Assembly: GCA_012295275.1 (NCBI GenBank) | Contig: CM022679.1 | Coordinates: 7,440,001 to 7,504,000 of the forward strand | Source of the DNA: Chrysomallon squamiferum | Lineage: Eukaryota > Animalia > Mollusca | Direction: 5' to 3' | DNA length: 64,000 nt | Shown here: positions 38,481-48,504 of the stretch, one piece after another | Layout: every line of letters starts with the position of its first letter | Numbering within the stretch: the first letter of the stretch is position 1 | Program-made: the position numbers and the translations under genes | Notes under the pieces: generated by a model | The model's database searches: none | Seen by the model: only the letters and a program-made list of their open reading frames with translations | What the model was told of the DNA's origin: nothing

Positions 38481-39711
38481 ATGGCTGCTCGAATTATTCT
38501 GTTCGCTTTTGTTTTCACCGCTTATGGTAAGATGATTTTATTTTTCTATTAATGATATTTTATACCATAATAACTTTTCAACAATATTTCTAAAACTTAA
38601 AAGCTGCCGTAAAAAAAATGTAATTTAACTGTTTTATCTTACATTAATTCTTCACAAAGACAAATAGTTTGATTTATTTGATTATTTTACTAACAAATAT
38701 AAATATTTTAATTTTTGAAATATGTATTAGTAATTGTTTTACAAAATAAAGATAAATTCTATAAGTTAATATTTGTTTGTTTTCAGTAAATGGACAGCTC
38801 TATGATAGGTTATATCACAGGCTGATGATGATGGCCCCACCCCCGACCATACCAATGGTCAGCGCCTCTGCTCCAGTCAACGTGTCTCTCGGTTTTAATC
38901 TGTTACAGATACTAGATATGGTCAGTATTACATAGCTCAGAAAATAGCGGTTAATAACTATCAATGTCTGCATGCTTTATGGATGTGTGCATATGTATCC
39001 ACACATGCATAGACAGTCAAAAACACACCAAAATATATTTATTTATTTATTTATTTATTTATTTATCAGAACCCGGAAAAAGGTTACATTGACACACTGA
39101 TGTGGCTTAATACGCAGTGGACTGACCAAAGGTTTTCTTGGCAGATGACGTCATATCCGGTGAGAGATATTCGACTTCCTACTGACAAGATGTGGATACC
39201 GGACATTGTTTTGTACAATGGGTATGTATCGAGAACTTAACTTTGTGTGGTTTATTTGTATACGAATAATTTAATCTAAGAAAATGAAAGTTGATTTCAG
39301 CAACTTTTTGCACATAAAGTGTGGCCACAATTTCTCAACTGGAGTTCTTTTAATTTCAGTATAAAAACGGAACAGACGATGGATGTGAAAGCGATAGTGT
39401 CATACAACGGAAACATTATGCTTTTCACCTCAACAGTTTATCGCAGTTCATGCGTTGCAGCAAATGACGAAGACGATGCTGAAGGCGACGTTGTGTGTAA
39501 TTTAAAATTTGGTTCGTGGACGTTCGACGGCTTGAAATTAGATCTGCAGCTTCGTTCAGAGACTGTCGATCTTTCTAACTACGTAGTCAACGCCGACTGG
39601 GAGCTGGTCGAAGCAAGCGCAGTGCGTAACATCCTCTACTACGCTTGCTGTCCTGAACCGTACGTTGACGTTGTTGTGAGTCTTCGACTTCGAAGGAGAA
39701 CGTCCGACTAA
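38481..39711 (+). CDS. AChBP-like copy B: secreted acetylcholine-binding-protein-like, 4 exons, 227 aa, intact
   Basis: Exons 38481-38526, 38787-38920, 39070-39221, 39360-39711 (684 nt, phases 1,0,2). Signal-peptide-like MAARIILFAFVFTAYVNG; loop D LMWLNTQWTD; loop A WIPDIVLYNG; Cys-loop C-x14-C; loop B FGSWTFDG; loop C YYACCPEPY. Stops after LRRRTSD with no TM helices. Confidence 0.92.
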
Positions 39712-40146
39712 AGAATCCAGCCAGTGCATGTGTCCTTGTTTTGATTTAGACTGGGAATGAATCTAATTTCTCTTTCAGAATCAAATTTTCATACGTGTAG
39801 TTTAGTTTTGAAACAGCAGCTTAGCAAAACGAGACTCGCGGCTTTAAACTCGTCCTTAGTCACCATGGATAGCTTAGTCCCATCACTTGTTGTCAAAGAC
39901 AAATGTAAGATGTCGGACGAAATAAGTTTGTTTACTTTATGTACATTATAATTAATTACTCTGTTCATGTTAATTAAACTGCTGAAAAAAAAGAAGACAA
40001 AAACAGATGGAATTTTCTTTGTTGAATTATATCGTTGACATAATTTCGAGTCGTATTTTTGTTTTGATTTTAATTCTTGATACGTTCATGGATTGTCTAA
40101 AACTGTGTATGATAAATAATAATAATAATGATAATGATAATAATAA

Positions 40147-40201
<55 letters not shown>

Positions 40202-40571
40202 ATACATCAAAATTATTAAATTCAGGTTTGTAAGCACTGACTGGAATAAAATGTAGTAGTAAAAACTAATCTAATCTTACTCTCTGAAAACAAATGTGAA
40301 AAAGAATAACATTTTTTTTATATATATATTTTTTTTTTACGCCTTCTCAGGAAAACCACAGAAGAAAATCATACAGCTGACGATCAATCTATTGTTTTCT
40401 GTGTAATCAACAAAAACATGGGAAATAACCAATACCACAACTACTTCTACTATTTCTGCTACTACTGTTACCAGTAGTAGTAATAATATGTCATACCTTT
40501 AAACACACTAGCTGTGCAGAACCGATTGGAATAGGATATAGTCAGTTTGTTTTCTATTTTCTATTTACGTT

Positions 40572-40603
<32 letters not shown>

Positions 40604-41097
40604 CTCGTCTGTTCTATTTGCATTATGTACTATCATCATCAACGACAACAATAGTAACAACAATAAAAATATAATATAAATAAATAAAGCAAAAACTATA
40701 ATAGAATAAAATATGACATAACTAATAATGAAATTTATAAATGCATGTCATTATACGATTATTTTTTAAGGATAAGAAAATAAATATGTATGTTTATATG
40801 ATTAATTCAGACGTTGGTTATAAAGCTAAGATTTATTTTATATGAACATTATCCAAAACTAGAAAATAAATATCACGGCTATATAGATTGGCTGGAAGGG
40901 GAGATAACTCAAAAAGTACAACCACTGAGAGTAAAGAAGTATACTCCGCAGAAAAGAATATGCGAAGAATATTTTCTTTCTTTCATTTATTATCATTATT
41001 ACCACTATTACTACTGTTATTAAATAACCCAAAATTGGTATTATAAATAAATAAATATACCTTTTTCAACGAGTTTTATGAAAAACGCATTATAGAC

Positions 41098-41175
<78 letters not shown>

Positions 41176-41702
41176 ACATATAAACATGCATATATATATA
41201 TAATGCTATTTACAACAACAAAAATTGGAAATGTCACTTGGAAATGTTAAAATTTACATATGTATGCATTTATGAGCGTGTGTGTTCTTGTGGGCTTTTT
41301 TTGGGGGGGGGTGTATAGGCTATACGTATACGCCTTTGTGTGTTTTTGTGTGAGTGTGTGTATATGTTGGTATTCATTATATGATGTCTTTTTTTCATAA
41401 ATAATTACAAACTTAATTTTAAACGTTCTTAATACATTTATTAGGTATCAGTTACATGTTTTAATTATAACGATTTTATTTTAATTCTAACGATGTAGCT
41501 GCTATTCTGCGCTGAGCTAGTTACTGAATAATTACCGAACGGATAGAATGTGACCTTTTCCAAATCACCATTCAAAATAACGCATAAAAATACTTTTTTC
41601 GTGTTCTCTGTAACAGTAATGCCCTTTGCAGATGCATATATATTCGTATATAAATTTGTAGTTTAGACAATTTAGTTGTGTTCTGTTTCTGAGAAGAACA
41701 AA

Positions 41703-43270
41703 ATCTCTTCTGTTATGTTATTGTTGAGTTACTTCTTTTTCAGAGGTAAGATGATGATAATCTAAATATAGTTTGCGTACTTCCATATATATATATATAT
41801 ATTCGTCCAGTCGTAATTGAGAACGAAGTATAAAAGCAAAAGACTAAGCTCAAAATTATCTGTGGGCGCCTACTGGAAGCAGAGCTAGACCGGCAGCCAT
41901 GCGGATCCACTACTGGATAGGAGGAGCTTCCTTGTACTGCAATGCAAGTCCCAGGTCCTGGACCTCCCTCCAGAACGCCTGACAGTAAGGGAAGTAACAC
42001 CCCTTGCCCTCCGAGTTAGGAAGCTCCCTCTCAACAGCACCAGTGGCAGCCAACTCAAAGTCTGTCAGGTTGAGTCGTGCTTGAACTTTGGTCTTGACTT
42101 GTGGTCGGTGGTGTTCCTGACGTGATCGCCAGCGGTAGTGCATCTTCCATTGCAAGTCTTGATGACACATTTCCAATGACTACAAGTCTCTCGAGCAGCA
42201 TTTTTGTTGTAGAGGTAACTATCTAAGAGGATTTGGGGCGTACCCCTCTGCGACAATAAAAACTTCACTTTCCGAAGTCCAGCCATGGTGCAAGTATTCT
42301 ATGATTTAACATTCCACAGTTATATTTATATCCGAATGTTTCAAAAGCTACTAACTGAATAAACTCACTGTAATCTGTAAACAGTAATTCACAACTGGAA
42401 TTCTGTTTTAAAAAATTTTTTATATAAATCTCATTGCTATATCAAAATATGTCTCCTTCAAATCCTTCTTTTTAAGAGCAACATCTCCATACAATTGGAG
42501 TAACCATGAAGACACGCTGCCCACCGGAGTTGTGATTACAATAGTTAGCAGTAAGACACAGCCAAGACCAGTTGCTCATTCCCAAGCTTTCTTACTGCTT
42601 GATTACTGCAGTTATTGACCATATGACTGTTGGGAGGATACCTTTTATACAGTCATGATGTCATCAGAATTCAACAAAAAACGTTATCTGCTGATCTGTT
42701 CTTTCTTATTCCTTGTTTATTTTACCTTTTAAAATATGTATTAAGCTTCGGACCAGGAAATGAAAAATCCAGAAATCCGGGTAACGCTATAAAACTGCAA
42801 TATTTGGATTCCTCTTTTTAAAAAAATTAAAATAAATTCAGTAAACAAACTAAATATAAACGAGATATTTTTCGATTAGTTGGTTTTAAATAGTGTTGTT
42901 ACTGTGGATATTTCATACCTCTCTTCCAGTTACACGATATTTATTTGTTGACACAGGTACTCTGCAAGCCAATGGTCAGTTCTACGACAACCTCTACAAA
43001 ATACTGTTAAACAACGCAATGCCTACTATTCCCATGGTTAGTGTGGAAACGCCGGTAACCGTCAAGATGAATCTTATACTTAAATACGTTTTGATAATTC
43101 AATGCACTCCTTTTACGAACGTGTACTTCTGACACATTTGTGTTTTTTTTTGTTTGTGTGACTGATTGTTTGTTTGTTTCAGAATGAACAAGAGATGTAT
43201 ATTGATATTACGGCATGGGTTTTTTTGACTTGGAAGGACACTCGATTAGCGTGGGACAGAGAAATATATA
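41703..43270 (+). pseudogene. AChBP-like copy C: truncated pseudogene, tandem duplicate of copy D
   Basis: Exon 1 (41703-41745) has ATG>ATC. Exon 2 from 42957 (GTLQANGQFYDNLYK...PTIPMVSVETPVTVKMN) lacks 30 nt including the donor at 43074/43075. Exon 3 from 43183 is nearly identical to copy D until REIY, then fuses directly to 3'UTR-homologous sequence, so exon 4 is lost. Confidence 0.9.
41871..42640 (-). mobile_element. Degenerate, internally deleted Mutator-like (FLYWCH + MULE, Phantom-like) transposase relic
   Basis: ORF 42286-42065 has a FLYWCH-type pattern (SQRG..LL.SYLY..W.C....C..RCTT..H). An overlapping frame gives TDFELAATGAVERELP..KGCYFPYCQAFWREVQDLGL..Y, resembling the MULE DDE C-terminal block. 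The segment is absent at the homologous intron site of copy D (~45424). No clear TIR or TSD seen. Confidence 0.8.
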
Positions 43271-43410
43271 GTTTTTTGGATTAAATAAAATAATTGTTAA
43301 ATTAATCTTATATATTCATACGTATACACATACTCTCTGTGTGTGGAGGTGTGTAGACAATGCGAACTGTTGTCAGAAACCAAGTGAAGCTAGAGAACAT
43401 AAATGTTCCT

Positions 43411-43471
<61 letters not shown>

Positions 43472-44604
43472 ACACATCCCTGTTTTTGCCGTATACGCGT
43501 GTCCCTTTGAGGAAAACCTCTGAAGAAAATCATGCAGCTGAAGATTAACCTATTCTAATCTATTGTTTTTCTGTGTAATCAACAAAAATATGGAAAATAA
43601 CATATACCACTGCTAGTAGTAGTAGTAGTAGTAGTAATATGTCATGCCTTTAAACACATCAGCTATGCAGAATCAATTGGAACAGGAAACAGTTTATTTT
43701 ATATTTTCCATTTACGTTTTAAACAAATAATAATAATAAATAAAAATTCTCATCTGTTCTATTTGCATTATGTATTATCATCATCAACCACAACACCTGC
43801 AGTGACACCACCAATAACAACAACAACAGTAACAACAATAAAATAAAATATAAATAAAGCAAAAACTATAATACAATAAAATAAGAATTATAATGAAGCG
43901 GAATGCTGTGCTAAGTATTTTCAACATTTTATAACGTGTTTACAATGAATACATTAGTATTTTATAGTTACTGTATTCAAAGCAAATTAAGCTCTAATCG
44001 TAAATAAGGACAAACGTCAAGGCCGTGTTCCGTTTCCTAATCTGGCGGTTTATCATTTAAAGTTACTTCAAGTAAGCTCTATGGCAACATTATGTTGATA
44101 GTTCGTCTGCATTTATATGACATTATGACGTAACTAATAATGAAATTTATAAATGCATGTCATTATACGATTATTTTTTAAGGATAAGAAAAAAAAAAAA
44201 AAAAAATAAATTAAAATGTATGTTTCAAGCACTAATTCAGACGTTGGTTATAAAGCTAAGATTTATTTTATATGAACATTATCCAAAACTAGAAAATAAA
44301 TATCACGGCTATATAGATTGGCTGGAAGGGGAGATAACTCAAAAAGTTCAACCACTGAGAGTAAAGAAGCCTACTCTGCAGAAAAGAATATGCGAAGATT
44401 ATTTTCTTTCCTTCACTTATTATATTTGTTATAATACGCTATCAATATTACCACCATTACTACTGTTATTAAATAACAAAAATAGTAGTATCATAAATAA
44501 ATAAATGAATAAAAATACCTTTTTCAACGCGTTTTATGAAAAATGTATTTTTTGAAATAACAAACTGGATATGTCATTTGGAAATGCTAAAATTTACGTA
44601 CATA

Positions 44605-44664
<60 letters not shown>

Positions 44665-45033
44665 TTTGTGTATATGTATGTATATGCCTTTGTCTGGGAG
44701 TGTGACTATGTGTATGTATTTATACTCATTACATGATATCTTTATTTCACGATAAATAATTACACACATAATTTTAAATGATCTGCATACGTTTATTATG
44801 TATTAGTTAATTGTTTTAATTATAACGATGTTACTGAAAAGAAATATTCGCTCTGTTACTGAGCTAACCATCACTCTAACATTCCCGAAAATTTGTTTAC
44901 AGTAGTTGATATTCTGCGCTGAGCTAGTTACTGAATAATTACCGAACGGATAGAATGTGACCTTTTCCAAATCACCATTCGAAATAACGTATAATTTTCG
45001 TGTTCTCTGTAACAGTAATGCCCTTTACAGCTG

Positions 45034-45041
45034 CATATAAA
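45034..45041 (+). promoter_or_regulatory. Candidate TATA box of AChBP-like copy D
   Basis: CATATAAA lies ~65 nt upstream of ATG 45102. The homologous site in copy C reads CATATATA (41635-41642). Confidence 0.35.
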
Positions 45042-45101
45042 TTCGTGTATAAATTTGTAGTTTAGACAATTTAGTTGTGTTCTGTTTCTGAGAAGAACAA
45101 A

Positions 45102-45297
45102 ATGTCTGCTGTATGGTTATTGTTGAGTTACTTCTTTTTCAGAGGTAAGATGATGATAATTTTTTTCACAACCAATAGTAGTTTATTTATGTTGCTTTTA
45201 AAGTGTACTATCGGTGATACGAAGAAATAATCTAAATATAGTTCGCGTACTTCCGTATTATGACAAGGGTACATACATACATACATACATACATACA

Positions 45298-45331
<34 letters not shown>

Positions 45332-47078
45332 CATACATACACACATACTAATATATTCGTCCAGTCGCAATTGATAACGAAGTATAAAAGCAAAAGACTA
45401 AGCTCAAAATGACTTGTGCGCGCCATTTTTATACAGTCTTGATGTCATCAGAATAAAACAAGAGAACCGTTAAATACTGGTCCATTCTTTACTATTCATT
45501 GTCTGTTTTATTCATATATCTATAAAGCCTCGGAAATGAAACATCCAGAATTCTATATTATAAAAAATTAATAATTGTATTGGTCTTTTATAGCGTTCCT
45601 TGTAAAACTCAAACGTATTTAGTAAACAAACAGAATATAACCGAAATGTCTTTCGGTTGGTTAGTTTTAAATATTGTTGTTAATGTGGATATTTCATACT
45701 TCTCTTCCAGTTACACGATACCTATTTTTTTATCACATGATGAATAATTTCCAGGTACTCTGCAAGCCAATGGTCAGCTCTACGATCACCTGTACAAAAC
45801 ACTGTTAAACAACGCAATGCCAACAATCCCCATGGTTAGTGTGGACACGCCTATAACCGTCAAGATGAATCTCAACCCAATTGAAATCATCGAGATCGTA
45901 AGTATACTTAAATACGTTTTGATAATTCAATGCACTCCTTTTACGAACGTGTACTTCTGACACATTTGTGTGTTTTTTTGTTTTTTTGACTGATTGTTTG
46001 TTTGTTTCAGAATGAACAAGAGATGTATATTGATATTACGGCGTGGGTTTTTTTGACTTGGAAGGACACTCGATTAGTGTGGGACAGAGAAATATATGAA
46101 GTCGGTGACTCAACAATATCACAGGATCTTATCTGGAAACCAGACATCGTTCTTTTTAACAGGTACGTATCTGCATAAGTAGGCTTTGAATGCTAAAGAT
46201 CCATACTGATCGCCGAGAGAATAATGATACATTTTCGAATGCTTTAATTTCTTGTTTAAAACTGTCTAATTTGAGTTGTTATTGTAAGTAGATGATCCCT
46301 TATCCGAAATAGTATTTCTTACAGTTTTCGGATTATTTTATGTAAAATTATTTAAATTATTATATTTTAAAAAGTCCTATAGACCATTTGTATTAGTTTC
46401 ATTGTATGAAAAATAACTGGAATTTGTATTTAAACTTGTATTTTATTCTCATGCCTTCTCCTCATATTCCAAAACCGAAACATTTTCGAAATCCGAAATA
46501 CTTCGGATAAAGGATTTTCAACCTGTATTATTGGCTGATGCTGTTGTCTTTATTATTAACCAACAAATTCTTTATTATATATTCAAATGTATATAGACAA
46601 AGAATTATTTGGTTAATAAAAAAAAAAAAAAAAAAAAAAAAAGATAACAAAATCAAGAACGGCAGAAGCTGAGAATCTTTTTTATTGTTTTATTTACTAC
46701 ATATAATTGGTTTTCTCTTGTAGTCAATCTACGCAGTTCACTGTTCCTGGATCATCCGTCCAGAGTGTCGTCAATTATACTGGTGACGTTATGACTGTTA
46801 ATCCTACTAGATTTCGCTCCTCCTGCTTTTCAAACAGCAGTGATCAGTCCACGATTGTCTGCAAGTTGAAGTTTGGATCTTGGGTCTACAGTGGTAGAAA
46901 GCTTAACCTTGAGACGCTAACTGAAGGAAGATTAGTCGACCTCTCGAATTATGAGGAAAATCCAAAATGGAGGCTGGAGGAAGCGGAAGTTCAGCGGAAT
47001 GAAGATGTATACGACTGCTGTCCAGAAACTTATCCTTCTCTCACATTCACATTGAGATTTCGGAAGATCGGAGACTAG
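45102..47078 (+). CDS. AChBP-like copy D: secreted acetylcholine-binding-protein-like, 4 exons, 230 aa, intact
   Basis: Exons 45102-45144, 45755-45897, 46011-46162, 46724-47078 (693 nt, phases 1,0,2). Signal-peptide-like MSAVWLLLSYFFFRGTLQANG; AWVFLTWKD; WKPDIVLFNS; C-x11-C; FGSWVYSG; YDCCPETY. Ends FRKIGD* with no TM helices. Confidence 0.92.
46285..46527. mobile_element. pogo/Tigger-like MITE (~240 bp) in intron 3 of copy D
   Basis: Left end taagtagatgatcccttatccgaa pairs with right end ttcggataaaggattttcaacctgTA. The end resembles Tigger-type TIRs (CAGGTTGA..ATCCCTTATCCGAA) and is flanked by TA. Confidence 0.65.
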
Positions 47079-47350
47079 TTGTTTGAATTTCTAAACGAAT
47101 TCGTTTCTAGTACTGTTATAGTCTTTTGGATTAAATAAAAGCTTTTGTTAAATTAATCTTATATATTAACAGTATTCTTATATATTCATATGTATACACA
47201 GACAATGAATGGCTGTCAGAAAACCAAGTGAAGCTAGAGAATATAAATGTTCCTAAATTATAAATTTGAAAATAAAAATATCTCTTTGTTATTTTATATG
47301 TTATAGTTTATTCATGTGGTTTTTTTTTGTGTGTGTGTGTGTGTTTGTGC

Positions 47351-47388
<38 letters not shown>

Positions 47389-47690
47389 TCTAAATCGATA
47401 AATATTGTTTCATCAAAAAGTTGTGAGAATTTTCCATTTGAAAGCCAAAATGTAATGAAAAACTGAAAACTAAACAAACCTTTACAATAATTTTATAGCC
47501 ATTGAGTTAATAAGACTTGAAGTAAAATTTATCACACACACGCCTATTTTTGATGTATAAATGATACGCGTGTCCTTGGTCCTTGTATGGAAAACCTCAT
47601 CAATGGACAAATATTCGGTTTCTGTGCAGTTTTTTTTTTTTTTTTGGAATTCGTATAAAGAGAGATAACTCTAACGGACAAAACCAGAAA

Positions 47691-47870
47691 ATGTCGCATA
47701 TATATCAAAGGTAAGATTAGTCATATAGGAATACATTTATTTTCTGATAGTTATAGGAGCTTAAGAAGTGTTGTCAGTTCATCGGTTATCAGATTAACAA
47801 AACAGAAGTCAAACATAATAATGTGTATTCATTATTTTCAAACGAATGTTTTTAAATAACTTTTTTTTTA

Positions 47871-47901
<31 letters not shown>

Positions 47902-48455
47902 TTATTGTTATATTTAATAATATTAATTTATTTCAGTCGCCAGCCATATAAAATTAAATTGTCACTGTTCATCTAAAGAATATAGTTTTATTACCCCTGT
48001 AACTAAAATAGAATATTGCTACCCTGGTCATGACGTAATCGAAAAAACCCAGGACAAATGAGACAAAGAAAATTAATAAAGAAATTAGGTAATACTAATA
48101 GATGACATGTAAAATAATCAATAAGAAAAACGTAATTAGGTCTAATCAAAAAAAATTTTGGCATTATAAGATATATTTGCTGCTAAAAAAAAAAAAAAAA
48201 GGTATTCTGATTTAAAATATTAAATATATATAACATAAAAAGAAATGAGGACATCTTAAAATAACACCAACATTTAATTTAGCATTGTTTTATGCTGGGA
48301 TTAATAAGCATTCATGTGGCTATTTATTAATTGATTCAAAACTGGTAAGCATTTTGTTTAAATGTATATTGTTTTGGGGGGTTTTTTTTTTTTGTCTAGT
48401 TATGTTGTTTTGTCAATTTTTTTGTTTTATTATTTTGGTTATTATTAGTGTTTTC

Positions 48456-48504
<49 letters not shown>

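Larger units (their letters stand above)
40350..47597 (+). repeat. Tandem segmental duplication: unit 1 ~40350-43510, unit 2 ~43511-47597
   Basis: Collinear near-identical blocks include 40730-40980 vs 44141-44410, 41503-41760 vs 44911-45159, 42957-43269 vs 45755-46097 and 43370-43414 vs 47213-47257. Confidence 0.92.

Noticed and set aside
40814-44504. Two near-identical ORFs (VIKLRFILYEHYPKLENK...) suggesting a small conserved protein
   Set aside because: The identity is explained by the recent tandem duplication of upstream DNA. Starts and ends differ and no domain is recognisable.
34460-47078. Full nicotinic receptor subunits or cephalopod chemotactile receptors
   Set aside because: All complete copies stop before TM1 and lack the FPFD Cys-loop motif. 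Chemotactile receptors are membrane channels.
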